From assembly GCA_964651445.1 (NCBI GenBank), contig CAZYYW010000002.1, positions 66 to 64,065 on the forward strand: a stretch of 64,000 nucleotides of DNA. Reading direction: 5' to 3'. The translations under genes and the position numbers were made by a program. Of the stretch, positions 49,936 through 60,073 are shown piece by piece. Source of the DNA: an uncultured Thiotrichaceae bacterium. Lineage in GTDB: Bacteria > Pseudomonadota > Gammaproteobacteria > SZUA-229. Under the pieces are notes generated by a model. That model had not been told where the DNA came from. It saw nothing but the letters and a program-made list of their open reading frames with translations, and searched no databases. Within the stretch, counting starts at the first letter, position 1; every line of letters begins with the position of its first letter.

Positions 49936-50841
49936 ATGAATATCATTTTTTTAGGAAAATTTAGAGGCAGACCGCTTCGCTGCCAGTTAGACGGTAAGCG
50001 TCAGTTAGTCACCGTGTCTGTCATTATAAGTCTTTTTGCGGGTCTACTGGTGACTTCTGGTTATTGGTACGGAAAGACTCATGCCGCCGCCAATGAACTG
50101 GCGACATTGCAGACCGATATTAGCAAACAAAAAAGTCTCATTGTGGAAGCACGTGACTCCGCTGAATTTGAGATGGATGCGCTGGCGGCGCGTTTAGGAA
50201 AAATGCAGGCGAATGTGATTCGCTTAAATGCCCTTGGTCAGCGCTTGGTAAAAGTCTCAAAACTAGACGCCAAAGAATTCAATTTTAACGATGCGCCTTC
50301 TTATGGCGGACCGAAAGAAAGCAACAGTGTTGTCAGTATGGATTTTGACAGTGTTATAACGGATTTGGATAAACAACTGAACAGCCGCGAGCAACAGCTT
50401 GCGGTATTAGAAGAAGTGCTGATGAATCGTCAGCTAAGAAAGCAATCTAAACCCCGTGGTCGTCCCATTGTAAAAGGCTGGACGTCTTCATATTACGGCA
50501 AACGTACAGACCCTTTCACCGGCAAATTGGCGATGCATAAAGGCATGGACTTTGCGGGCAAAGAAGGCAGCGAAGTTGTCGCAGTGGCAACTGGCGTAAT
50601 AACATGGGCGGGTAGACGCTTCGGTTATGGTGAGCTAGTCGAGATAAATCATGGTAACGGTTACACCACTCGCTATGGCCACAATGCAACAATACTGGTA
50701 AAAATGGGTGACACAGTAGAAAAAGGTCAGGCAATTTCACTTATGGGTTCTACTGGGCGTTCTACCGGCCCACATGTTCATTTTGAAGTGCTTAAAAATG
50801 ACCGTCAGGTTAACCCTGCTAAATATGTCGCTTTGCGCTAA
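49936..50841 (+). CDS. M23-family peptidoglycan DD-metalloendopeptidase
   Basis: An N-terminal TM and coiled coil, then HKGMDFAG...GYTTRYGHN...STGRSTGPHVHFEV. Confidence 0.85.
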   Translation: MNIIFLGKFRGRPLRCQLDGKRQLVTVSVIISLFAGLLVTSGYWYGKTHAAANELATLQTDISKQKSLIVEARDSAEFEMDALAARLGKMQANVIRLNALGQRLVKVSKLDAKEFNFNDAPSYGGPKESNSVVSMDFDSVITDLDKQLNSREQQLAVLEEVLMNRQLRKQSKPRGRPIVKGWTSSYYGKRTDPFTGKLAMHKGMDFAGKEGSEVVAVATGVITWAGRRFGYGELVEINHGNGYTTRYGHNATILVKMGDTVEKGQAISLMGSTGRSTGPHVHFEVLKNDRQVNPAKYVALR

Positions 50842-51145
50842 AACAGGTTCCTTAGCCTCAAAATAGCCGAGTTTATAATGTTGAGCAAGCTTGGCAATCC
50901 GTAGTACAATTCTGATTGATTCATAACACGTCGTCGATTCGGCTTATCGGACGCAGCTTTCAGGCATGGCTTTCGAAAGGCATGACCCGCCAGCGGTTCT
51001 CAGGCATAATATGCGCTAGTTTTTATAGAATGTCTGCTGGCATATAAAGCAGAGGTTTCTCTTTTATTATTATGGTTTTATTTTGGCGGAATGCCTTCTG
51101 TCAAAAAAGACACATTAATTATTGTCACAGGTTTAAGTAAGCAAA

Positions 51146-53911
51146 ATGATTTTGAATGCAGTTAAAAAAGTGTTTGGCAGTCGTAATGAACGACTGATAA
51201 AAAAGCACCTTAAAATAGTCAAACAAATTAATGCACTGGAAGCCGAGTTTGAAGCACTCAGCGACGAGCAGTTGGCGATGAAAACACAGGAGTTTCGCGA
51301 CCGCTTGCAAAGTGAAGCGAACCCCAAAGGTGAAACGGTAGACCAGTTATTGCCAGAGGCATTTGCTGCGGTAAGAGAAGCGAGCCGCCGAGTGTTGGAT
51401 ATGCGTCATTTCGATATGCAAATGGTTGGTGGCATGGTATTGCACAGCGGAAAAATTGCCGAGATGAAAACCGGTGAAGGTAAGACCCTGGTGGCAACTT
51501 TGGCGGCTTACCTGAATGCCTTGCCAGGCAAAGGCGTGCACGTGGTAACGGTAAACGACTACCTGGCGACACGTGATGCAGAGTGGATGGGGAGACTGTA
51601 CAACTTTTTAGGCATGACCACGGGTATCAGTGTTTCCGGCATGGATCCGGTAGCAAAAAAACAGGCTTATGCTGCCGATATAACCTACGGCACCAATAAC
51701 GAATATGGTTTTGACTATCTGCGTGACAACATGGCGTTTACCGCAGCAGAAAAAGTGCAACGTCAGCCGTTTTTTGCCATTGTCGATGAAGTCGATTCTA
51801 TTTTAATTGACGAAGCCAGAACCCCTTTGATTATTTCGGGTTCTGTTGGTGAAAGCAGTGATCTACACATCAAGTTCAGAGACATTGTTAAACGACTGGA
51901 GCTAGGCGAAAAAACAGAAAAAGATGAGCCTGAAGATGGCGATTTTTCTATTGATGAAAAAAATAAAAGCGTTCATATCAATGAGCAAGGCCATCAACAT
52001 GTTGAAGAAATTCTGGTTGAGGTTGGTCTTCTGGAGGCGCATGATTCTTTGTACAGCGCGGCAAACATCAATCTAGTTCATTACCTGAATGCAGCATTAC
52101 GTGCATCAGTGTTGTTTGAAAAAGATGTACACTACATTCTGCGCGATAATCAAATTATTATCGTTGATGAATTTACCGGTCGTACGATGGATGGGCGACG
52201 CTGGTCAGAAGGTTTGCATCAGGCAATCGAAGCAAAAGAAGGTGTGGAAATTCAAAGCGAAAACCAGACCTTGGCTTCTATTACTTTTCAAAACTACTTT
52301 CGGTTATATGACAAGCTTTCCGGCATGACCGGTACAGCGGATACAGAAGCTGAAGAATTATTGCAGATATACAAGCTTGAAGTTGTCATCGTACCAACCA
52401 ATAAATCTATGGCGCGCAAAGACAATACTGATTTGGTATTTCTTAGTCCCGAAGAAAAATATATTGCCATCGTTGAAGATGTTAAAGATTGTGTCGAAAG
52501 AAAGCAGCCGGTACTTGTTGGTACTGCCTCCATTGAAGTTTCAGAACATATATCAACACTACTAAAACAAGAAAAAATAGAACACAGTGTTTTAAACGCT
52601 AAACAGCATGAGAATGAAGCGCAAATTATTGAGAATGCGGGCCGCCCAGCAGCAGTAACCATTGCGACTAATATGGCAGGTCGTGGTACTGACATTGTGC
52701 TTGGTGGCAATCTTGAGGCTGAACTTAAGCAGCAGCAAGACAGCGATGAAGCAGAAAAGCAGAAAACAAAACAGCAATGGGAAGTCCGTCACCAGGATGT
52801 ATTAGACGCGGGTGGTTTGCATGTTATCGGCAGTGAACGCCATGAATCAAGACGCATCGATAATCAACTACGTGGTCGCTCTGGACGTCAGGGCGACCCC
52901 GGTTCTAGTCGTTTTTATCTGTCATTACAAGATGATTTGATGCGCATTTTTGCGTCGGATAAAGTCGGCTCACTAATGAAAAAGCTTGGCATGGAAAAAG
53001 GTGAAGCCATCGAGCATCCCTGGGTCAATCGTGCCATTGAAAACGCGCAACGAAAAGTTGAAGGCCAGAACTACGATACACGTAAACAATTATTGGAATA
53101 CGATGATGTTGCGAATGACCAACGTCGTGTAATTTACGGACAACGCAATGAGATGATGGCGGAATCTGATTTATCCGTGACCATTAAGGACATTCGTGAA
53201 GAGATCATCAAAAATCTCATTACCACTCATATTCCAGAGGGCAGCCTCGATGAACAGTGGGATATCGAAGGGCTCGAAAAATCGTTAACAGAAGAATTCG
53301 CACAAGATTTACCCGTTGCAAAATGGTTGGATGAAGATAATCTTCTTGATGAAGCCGGTGTGCGCAGAAAAGTACACGCTGCCATTGTTGAAGAATTCGA
53401 AGCAAAAGAAGTGATGGTTGGTGCAGAAGGCATGCGCAATTATGAAAAACACGTGATGTTAAACGTGTTGGATAAATTGTGGAAAGAGCATTTAGCGGCA
53501 ATGGATTATCTACGTCAAAGTATCGGCTTACGTGGTTACGCACAAAAAAATCCCAAGCAAGAATATAAACGCGAAGCGTTTGAGATGTTTACTGAATTGC
53601 TGGAACGCATGAAGTATGAAGTGATTTCGGTGCTTTCAAAAGTAAGAATTCAATCAAATGAAGAAGTAGAACAGCTTGATGCGAATCAAAATGCGAGCGT
53701 TTCCAATGTGAACTATCAGCATGCCGATGCTACTGGTATGCCACAAGCACCGGCGACTGGACAGGCTGGTGACCAAACGGCGAATCCGGTGGATAGTGAC
53801 GGCAAAGCCATTCAACCGTTTCACCGTACACAGAAAAAAATTGGTCGTAATGACCCCTGTCATTGTGGTTCCGGTAAAAAATTCAAGCAATGTCATGGCA
53901 AGCTTAATTAA
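51146..53911 (+). CDS. secA: preprotein translocase ATPase SecA
   Basis: 921 aa, full-length collinear. MKTGEGKT and a C-terminal zinc motif [14 protein letters not shown]. Confidence 0.97.
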   Translation: MILNAVKKVFGSRNERLIKKHLKIVKQINALEAEFEALSDEQLAMKTQEFRDRLQSEANPKGETVDQLLPEAFAAVREASRRVLDMRHFDMQMVGGMVLHSGKIAEMKTGEGKTLVATLAAYLNALPGKGVHVVTVNDYLATRDAEWMGRLYNFLGMTTGISVSGMDPVAKKQAYAADITYGTNNEYGFDYLRDNMAFTAAEKVQRQPFFAIVDEVDSILIDEARTPLIISGSVGESSDLHIKFRDIVKRLELGEKTEKDEPEDGDFSIDEKNKSVHINEQGHQHVEEILVEVGLLEAHDSLYSAANINLVHYLNAALRASVLFEKDVHYILRDNQIIIVDEFTGRTMDGRRWSEGLHQAIEAKEGVEIQSENQTLASITFQNYFRLYDKLSGMTGTADTEAEELLQIYKLEVVIVPTNKSMARKDNTDLVFLSPEEKYIAIVEDVKDCVERKQPVLVGTASIEVSEHISTLLKQEKIEHSVLNAKQHENEAQIIENAGRPAAVTIATNMAGRGTDIVLGGNLEAELKQQQDSDEAEKQKTKQQWEVRHQDVLDAGGLHVIGSERHESRRIDNQLRGRSGRQGDPGSSRFYLSLQDDLMRIFASDKVGSLMKKLGMEKGEAIEHPWVNRAIENAQRKVEGQNYDTRKQLLEYDDVANDQRRVIYGQRNEMMAESDLSVTIKDIREEIIKNLITTHIPEGSLDEQWDIEGLEKSLTEEFAQDLPVAKWLDEDNLLDEAGVRRKVHAAIVEEFEAKEVMVGAEGMRNYEKHVMLNVLDKLWKEHLAAMDYLRQSIGLRGYAQKNPKQEYKREAFEMFTELLERMKYEVISVLSKVRIQSNEEVEQLDANQNASVSNVNYQHADATGMPQAPATGQAGDQTANPVDSDGKAIQPFHRTQKKIGRNDPCHCGSGKKFKQCHGKLN

Positions 53912-53956
53912 GTTGTTCGTTTAGTCAATGCTCAATAGCTGTTTGGTATCCCTTTG

Positions 53957-55162
53957 ATGGCACAGACTCAGGCCGTTCTACCTATTGCTGGTATCCAGCT
54001 TGCCTCACTGGCGGCAGGCATTAAAAAAAATGGCAAGCATGATCTCGTCGTTATCACTATTGATGAAGGTGCAAGTTGTGCTGCGTCCTTTACTCAAAAT
54101 GCGTTTTGCGCCGCGCCTGTAACACTCGCTAAACAACATTTATCGCAGCAAACACCTCGCGCCTTACTGATTAATTCCGGCAACGCCAATGCGGGTACTG
54201 GTGATATCGGAATGCTCAATGCAAAACAAAGTTGCGTTTGGTTAGCGCAGGTTTTGCATTGTTTACCTGAGCAGGTGCTACCATTTTCAACCGGCGTCAT
54301 CGGTGAGCAATTACCGATGACGGTGTTACATTCAGGCATTAAGCAGGTGGCAGAGGGGCTGACGGAAGACAACTGGTTGGCAGCCGCCAAAGGCATAATG
54401 ACCACCGACACCGTTGAAAAAGTTGTAACAAAAACGCTAATGATTGACGGTGAACCGATTTGCATCAGTGGCATTGCCAAAGGCTCAGGTATGATCTGCC
54501 CGAACATGGCGACCATGTTGGCATTTATTGCCACTGATGCAAAAGTTGATGATGCATTTCTACAGCAAAGTTTATCTGACGCTGTTGAAAACAGCTTTAA
54601 CGCGATTACCGTCGACGGCGATACTTCGACCAATGACGCATGCGTTCTTATTGCCAGCGGAAAAGCGGGCAATAAAAAAATTGATCAACATTCGACGTAT
54701 GCCGAGCCGTTTATCGAGGCACTAAACGAAGTCTGCCTGCAACTGGCTCAGGCGATTATTCGTGATGCAGAAGGCGCAACAAAATTTGTTGAAGTGGTGG
54801 TTAAGCAGGCGTCATCAAAAGCAGAAGCCAAAGAAGTTGCCTATACCATCGCGCATTCGCCCCTAGTAAAAACCGCTTTGTTCGCCAGTGATCCAAACTG
54901 GGGACGAATACTGGCAGCGGTAGGTCGTGCAGGTGTGCAGCAACTGGACATAACGGGCGTTAATATATTTCTTGGTGATGTCTGCATTGTTCGCCACGGT
55001 GGCATCGACGAACAGTACAGCGAGGAGAAAGGTCAGCAGGTGATGGATCAGCAGGAAATCAGCATCACCGTGGAATTAGGTCGAGGTGAAAATTCAGCAA
55101 CGATTTGGACCTCTGATTTATCACCTGAGTACGTGCGTATTAATGCAGAATATCGCACTTAA
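53957..55162 (+). CDS. argJ: bifunctional glutamate N-acetyltransferase / amino-acid acetyltransferase
   Basis: KGSGMICPNMATMLAFIATDA contains the autoprocessing ATML site, and the end is INAEYRT. The ATG is at 53957, one codon inside the track's TTG. Confidence 0.92.
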   Translation: MAQTQAVLPIAGIQLASLAAGIKKNGKHDLVVITIDEGASCAASFTQNAFCAAPVTLAKQHLSQQTPRALLINSGNANAGTGDIGMLNAKQSCVWLAQVLHCLPEQVLPFSTGVIGEQLPMTVLHSGIKQVAEGLTEDNWLAAAKGIMTTDTVEKVVTKTLMIDGEPICISGIAKGSGMICPNMATMLAFIATDAKVDDAFLQQSLSDAVENSFNAITVDGDTSTNDACVLIASGKAGNKKIDQHSTYAEPFIEALNEVCLQLAQAIIRDAEGATKFVEVVVKQASSKAEAKEVAYTIAHSPLVKTALFASDPNWGRILAAVGRAGVQQLDITGVNIFLGDVCIVRHGGIDEQYSEEKGQQVMDQQEISITVELGRGENSATIWTSDLSPEYVRINAEYRT

Positions 55163-55182
55163 CAGCTAACCGGCTATTTTCT

Positions 55183-56136
55183 GTGTCCGATATTGTTCAT
55201 GTGGCTGTCGCGGTTATCGTCAATGAAGATAATCAAGTATGCATCAGCTTGCGCCACGAAAACGCACACCAAGGTGGTCTATGGGAATTTCCAGGTGGCA
55301 AGGTCGAGCTTGATGAAACCATTGAACAAACGTTGCAGCGTGAAATCAAGGAAGAATTGAATCTAGAAATAAAAACCTCGCGTCCGTTCATCAGCATTAA
55401 ACATGACTATCAAGATAGAAAAGTCTGTCTACATGTCCACAAGATTTTGAGCTATGACGGACAAGCTATCGGCCTTGAAGGTCAGCAAATAAAGTGGTTG
55501 CCCATTAGTCAGTTATTACCCGATCAGTTTCCAACAGCCAATATTTCAATTATTAAAGCACTTCAACTACCCGATAAATATTTAATAACGGGAAAGTTCG
55601 CCTCTGAAACTGAGTTTATAAGTAAGCTAAAAAATGCACTAGAGGGTGGCATCCAGTTGGTGCAACTGCGCTTAAAGGATGGTGATATTAGTATCAAAAA
55701 GGCACAGAGCTTAATACAGCAGAGTGCAACTCTGTGTACAGCAGCAGGGGCGTGTTTATTATTAAACGTGGCGCAATGTTATCTGCGAGTGCTTGATCTG
55801 TCGAAAATAGAATTCGATGGTTTCCATGCTGACAGCCAAACATTAAAGTCATTATCTGTGCGCCCACAAGGGCGGCTTTTTTCTGCTTCTTGTCATAACC
55901 AGCAAGAATTGCAAAAAGCCGTGCAATTAAAAGCGGATTTTGTGGTTTTGTCTGCGGTACAAAAGACGGCAAGTCATCCGCAGATGGCGGCCATGGGATG
56001 GCCGGTTTTTTCTGCCCTAGTAGAACAATGTAATATACCGATTTATGCGTTGGGCGGCGTTTCAGAAGCTAATCTGAACGACGCCTGGTTACATGGAGCG
56101 CAGGGTGTGGCGGCAATCAGTGCCTTTTGGCATTAG
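55183..56136 (+). CDS. mutT: Nudix 8-oxo-dGTP diphosphatase (MutT) fused to a ThiE/TenI-like domain
   Basis: N-terminal Nudix box GGLWEFPGGKVELDETIEQTLQREIKEELN. The C-terminal 190 aa or so has a thiamine-phosphate-synthase-like fold (LVQLRLK..., YALGGV). Confidence 0.75.
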   Translation: MSDIVHVAVAVIVNEDNQVCISLRHENAHQGGLWEFPGGKVELDETIEQTLQREIKEELNLEIKTSRPFISIKHDYQDRKVCLHVHKILSYDGQAIGLEGQQIKWLPISQLLPDQFPTANISIIKALQLPDKYLITGKFASETEFISKLKNALEGGIQLVQLRLKDGDISIKKAQSLIQQSATLCTAAGACLLLNVAQCYLRVLDLSKIEFDGFHADSQTLKSLSVRPQGRLFSASCHNQQELQKAVQLKADFVVLSAVQKTASHPQMAAMGWPVFSALVEQCNIPIYALGGVSEANLNDAWLHGAQGVAAISAFWH

Positions 56137-56139
56137 ACG

Positions 56140-56910
56140 CTAGATAGTACACATCATCAACTTAAAGGGAACATCATCCTTGCATTGTTCGGGACGTTCT
56201 GCGGGATCATCATTTTTCATAAAGCGGACAGAAAAGCGGTGCTTACCGGCGCTGATTTCCGGGTAACATTGACTATCTATTGGAATGGAAATTCGCAGTA
56301 GTTGAATCGCCTGATTGGTATCAAGTGATTGTTGAAAGAAACCATTTTGTGCTATTTCATCGGTGTCTTCGGCGCTGTGACGTAATACATCCAATATTAA
56401 TTGCACCGCTCGATCAAGGTAGCCAAAGGGCTGGAACCACTTTTCGATATCTTTCTGCCGTTTTTCTTTCGGTAATGTCATCCAGTGCTTCATTGCCGGT
56501 AAATCAAAGTCGCAGATGCAACCGGGCACAGAGTTTTTTTGCGCAATCGCACTAAGTAACTCGACGTTTTTTGCACTTTGTCCGACCGGGCCTTTAATCG
56601 CTTGCAATTCACCGATGCGTTTTTGTATGTTTTTGAGAATGGACGACAGTTGTGATTGATCGATTTGGGGGCGTTTAGAGAGTCTATCGAGCCGAGTATG
56701 TTGGCGTTCCAGCTCTTTTAATACTTCGAGTTTAATATCACTGCGTGTGGTGTATGACAAGATTTCTAAAATAGAGTCAATGGCAATGCGGTTATTCCAG
56801 TCCGAACCGTGTTTCAGGTGGAAACTATATTGCTGGAACAGGTTCTCAAGGCGCAAGAAAGCGCGCACTTTTTCATTGAGTGGTTGTTCGTAAACGTGGT
56901 TTTCGGTCAC
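56140..56910 (-). CDS. zapD: cell division protein ZapD
   Basis: YEQPLNEKVRAFLRLENLF... and a length of 256 aa. It neighbours coaE. Confidence 0.85.
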   Translation of the reverse strand: MTENHVYEQPLNEKVRAFLRLENLFQQYSFHLKHGSDWNNRIAIDSILEILSYTTRSDIKLEVLKELERQHTRLDRLSKRPQIDQSQLSSILKNIQKRIGELQAIKGPVGQSAKNVELLSAIAQKNSVPGCICDFDLPAMKHWMTLPKEKRQKDIEKWFQPFGYLDRAVQLILDVLRHSAEDTDEIAQNGFFQQSLDTNQAIQLLRISIPIDSQCYPEISAGKHRFSVRFMKNDDPAERPEQCKDDVPFKLMMCTI

Positions 56911-57040
56911 AGCGAAGCTTCTTATTCTCGATAATGTTTGTTGGCAATCTTGTCGGTAAACGCAGGCTAAATTAGCGTTATCTAATGTTTAATCGATTTT
57001 ACACTTTTTTACGAATTATGGCGTCAGTATTTTTTTGGGT

Positions 57041-57202
57041 TTAAGTGGGCAATACATCTACTTTTTATAGACACAGAGACCACAGAGGTCACAGAGTTAT
57101 CGTTTATAACGTTTAATAGATTCACCAATCTTGATGCTATTGAGGTTTATCAGCAACCCTGTGTAGTCGTCGTATTAATTTTAAACACGCTCTGTGGTCT
57201 CG
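57041..57202 (+). mobile_element. MITE-like element, family B, copy 2, between zapD and coaE
   Basis: It is homologous to the reverse complement of 24551-24705. It has the tandem 9-mers CACAGAGAC CACAGAGGT CACAGAGTT at one end and CTCTGTGGTCTC at the other. Confidence 0.7.
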
Positions 57203-57275
57203 GCAACTGCTCCATGCGTTGCCCTACCTTCTGCATCCATGCAGTCGTCTGTGTCTATATCTTTATGCCCACTCG

Positions 57276-57884
57276 TTATGGGCATAGACCCGTATATTTG
57301 TCGTGCAAAGCACTCACCTGGGGCTTTAGACTTTTGAGAAGGCTGTTATTTTCGATTATGTCATCTGCTTTCTTTAGCCGCACTTCATCGCTTGCCTGCT
57401 GGCTGATTATTGCGCGAATCTCGTCTCGCGTTCTGTTATCGCGCTGCTGAACACGCTTAATTCTATTTTCCTCATCCGCCATTACCAGCAGAATACGGTC
57501 AGTAATGTTTGCAAACCTTGTCTCGATCAGTAATGGCACAACTACGACGGTGTAATCAGGCGGGGTTTGGCTATTGGTGAGCTGCTGCAGTTGCTCTAGT
57601 ACTACAGCTTGTATTTTTGGGTGCAGGATATCTTCCAGACGCTGTTTGTCTGCTTTTACATTAAAGACAATTTTAGCCAGTTTTTTACGGTTTAACTGAC
57701 CATTGAGTTCGAGCACATCCTGACCAAAAGTGTTGCTAATTTTCTGCAATACATCGGCATCATTTTCGACCAGTTGACGAGCAATAACATCGGTGTCAAT
57801 AATTGGTATGCCCAACTGTGCAAATAAATCTGAAACTGCTGTTTTACCACTGCCGATGCCGCCGGTTAAACCTATTCGCAACAT
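57276..57884 (-). CDS. coaE: dephospho-CoA kinase
   Basis: MLRIGLTGGIGSGKT P-loop start. The ATG at 57882-57884 lies directly after the pilD stop, and the track ORF is extended. Confidence 0.9.
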   Translation of the reverse strand: MLRIGLTGGIGSGKTAVSDLFAQLGIPIIDTDVIARQLVENDADVLQKISNTFGQDVLELNGQLNRKKLAKIVFNVKADKQRLEDILHPKIQAVVLEQLQQLTNSQTPPDYTVVVVPLLIETRFANITDRILLVMADEENRIKRVQQRDNRTRDEIRAIISQQASDEVRLKKADDIIENNSLLKSLKPQVSALHDKYTGLCP

Positions 57885-57885
57885 G

Positions 57886-58764
57886 CTAAAGAAACGATAA
57901 ATAAGTGGTGTTGATGGTTTCACCCCATAACAGTGCAACCCAACCGGCAATCGCAAGATAAGGGCCAAAGGGAATAGGCTGTTGTTGTTTGGTTTTACCG
58001 ATAAGCAGCATGCTGATGCCGATAATAGAACCCACCACAGACGAGATCAGGATGACTTGTGGCAAGTAGGCGTAACCAAGCCAGGCACCCAGTGCAGCAA
58101 GCAGTTTGAAATCACCAAAACCCATGCCTTCTTTGCCAGTAACCAGTTTGAATAACTGATAAACCGACCACAAAATTAAATAGCCGGCAATGGCGCCAAT
58201 TACGCTGCCATTAAGATCGGCAAAAACATCAAAGAAACTTAACGCTATGCCCGCCCATAACAAGGGAAGGGTAATGGTATCGGGCAGTAGTTGTTTTTTT
58301 AAGTCGATTAAAGTGAGCGCGATAAGCACCCAAGTGAAGCACAAAGCAGCAACAGTTTGCACGGTAACGCCAAAGGTATAAGCGACGGTAAGTGATGCAA
58401 TGGCGGTAACGGCTTCGACAACAGGGTATTGAATTGAAATGGAAGTGGCGCAGGATGCGCATTTGCCTTTTAACAGCAAATAGCTGAGCACAGGAATATT
58501 TTCCCAGAAGCGTATTTTGTGCCCGCAGTTTGGACAACTTGAAGCAGGTGTTGCCAGTGTTGTTGATAACAGGGTTGCTTCTATTTGAGGCGGGTCTAAT
58601 TCCAGGAATTCATGACATTCGAGTTTCCAGTCGCGCTCCATAATAAGTGGCAGACGATACGCCACAACGTTTAAGAAACTACCTATGGATAGCCCTAAAA
58701 ACACTACAGTAGAATAGAAAAGCCACGGTGTGGATTGAAAAACAAGCGTTACGCTTTCCAGCAT
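57886..58764 (-). CDS. pilD: prepilin peptidase / N-methyltransferase
   Basis: CPNCGHKIRFWENIP...CASC zinc motif, and the GMGFGDFKL aspartyl protease motif. Confidence 0.92.
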   Translation of the reverse strand: MLESVTLVFQSTPWLFYSTVVFLGLSIGSFLNVVAYRLPLIMERDWKLECHEFLELDPPQIEATLLSTTLATPASSCPNCGHKIRFWENIPVLSYLLLKGKCASCATSISIQYPVVEAVTAIASLTVAYTFGVTVQTVAALCFTWVLIALTLIDLKKQLLPDTITLPLLWAGIALSFFDVFADLNGSVIGAIAGYLILWSVYQLFKLVTGKEGMGFGDFKLLAALGAWLGYAYLPQVILISSVVGSIIGISMLLIGKTKQQQPIPFGPYLAIAGWVALLWGETINTTYLSFL

Positions 58765-58784
58765 AATATTACCATTCTTTGATT

Positions 58785-60026
58785 TTAAACCACTTCGCCC
58801 ATTTTGAAGATAGGCAAGTACATGGCAATAACTAGGCCGCCGATTATTACAGCAAGGAATGACATAATCAGCGGTTCCAGCATTGCTGTCAGGTTGTCGA
58901 CGGCATCATCAACGGCCTCTTCGTAATATTCAGCAACTTTGTTTAGCATTTCATCAAGAGCGCCGGATTCTTCACCAATGCCAACCATTTGAATGAGCAT
59001 ATTGGGAAACAGTTTTTTATTTTGACCAAGGCTAATCTGTAATGTTGTACCCGAAGAAATGTCATCTCTTACTTGTAGAATGGCTTTTTTATATACACTA
59101 TTACCGGCTGCACCCGCCACAGACTCCATGGCTTCTACTAGCGGTACACCGGCGGCAAACATGGTGGCGAGGGTTCGAGAAAAACGTGCAATGGCAGCAT
59201 TCGTTGTTAATGCTCCAACGCCAGGTAAGCTAAGTGCAAGTTTGTCCAGTGACTCTCTAAAGGCTTTAGATCGGAGTTTTGCCTGCTTAAAGGCATAGAT
59301 TGCCCCTATAATGCCACCAATAAATAACCAGATATTGTCCACCAGGGTATCGGATAATCCCACAACAAATAGTGTAAATGCTGGTAATTCAGCACCAAAA
59401 CCTTCAAACATATCGGCAAAGGTCGGCACTACAAAAATTAACAAAATAGCCGAAACGACCACTGCCACAATAAGTACAGAAATCGGGTAGGTCATGGCTT
59501 TTTTAATTTTGTTTTTTAATGCTTCTGATTTTTCTTTGTAAGTTGCAACTTTTTCCAGCAGTGTTTCCAAGGCACCGGACTGCTCACCGGCATCCACCAG
59601 ACTGACAAATAATTCATCGAAGTGAGCAGGGTGTTGTGCAAGTCCACTCGCGAGTGTCCCGCCTGCTTCAATATCGAGCTTGATCCGCATGATTAGCTTT
59701 CCCATGGTGGGGTTGGAGTGTCCCTGTCCAACAATATCAAACGCTTGTACCATAGGAACGCCAGCCTTCAGCATGGTGGCTAGTTGGCGGCTAAAAACGG
59801 CAATGTCTTTTGTGGTTATAGCCTGCGCTCTTGGTGCGAAGAGGCCTCCACCCTTTTTCTTTATTTTGCCTTTTTTAGGAACAATGCCCTGTTTGCGTAA
59901 ATGAGCTTTTACCACATCGGCACTGGCGGCTTCAGTTTCACCTTTTATGGTACCACCTCTGGCATTGGTACCCTCCCATGCGAAGGTGAAACTTTTAGCT
60001 TTTTTTTCTTTTTTTGGCTTAGCCAT
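58785..60026 (-). CDS. pilC: type IV pilus platform protein PilC
   Basis: 413 aa with two GspF repeats, collinear with PilC. Confidence 0.92.
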   Translation of the reverse strand: MAKPKKEKKAKSFTFAWEGTNARGGTIKGETEAASADVVKAHLRKQGIVPKKGKIKKKGGGLFAPRAQAITTKDIAVFSRQLATMLKAGVPMVQAFDIVGQGHSNPTMGKLIMRIKLDIEAGGTLASGLAQHPAHFDELFVSLVDAGEQSGALETLLEKVATYKEKSEALKNKIKKAMTYPISVLIVAVVVSAILLIFVVPTFADMFEGFGAELPAFTLFVVGLSDTLVDNIWLFIGGIIGAIYAFKQAKLRSKAFRESLDKLALSLPGVGALTTNAAIARFSRTLATMFAAGVPLVEAMESVAGAAGNSVYKKAILQVRDDISSGTTLQISLGQNKKLFPNMLIQMVGIGEESGALDEMLNKVAEYYEEAVDDAVDNLTAMLEPLIMSFLAVIIGGLVIAMYLPIFKMGEVV

Positions 60027-60073
60027 TGTTTATGTCCTGATAAATATATTCTTATAGTATTGTTGTTTGGTGA

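Noticed and set aside
50842-51145. Search for a secM-like arrest leader or regulatory ORF upstream of secA (for example the 17-codon ORF MAFERHDPPAVLRHNMR and the palindrome CTTTCGAAAG)
   Set aside because: There is no SecM-like arrest motif, signal peptide or convincing ribosome-binding site. The ORF is too short and unsupported.
54094-54672. 192-aa ORF antisense to argJ, and similar long antisense ORFs in murD (38530-39015), metH (21303-21758), ftsZ (47562-47918) and ftsQ/ftsA
   Set aside because: Each is fully embedded opposite a strongly supported conserved gene. Their translations are low-complexity Ser/Ala/Pro-rich shadow frames with no family resemblance.
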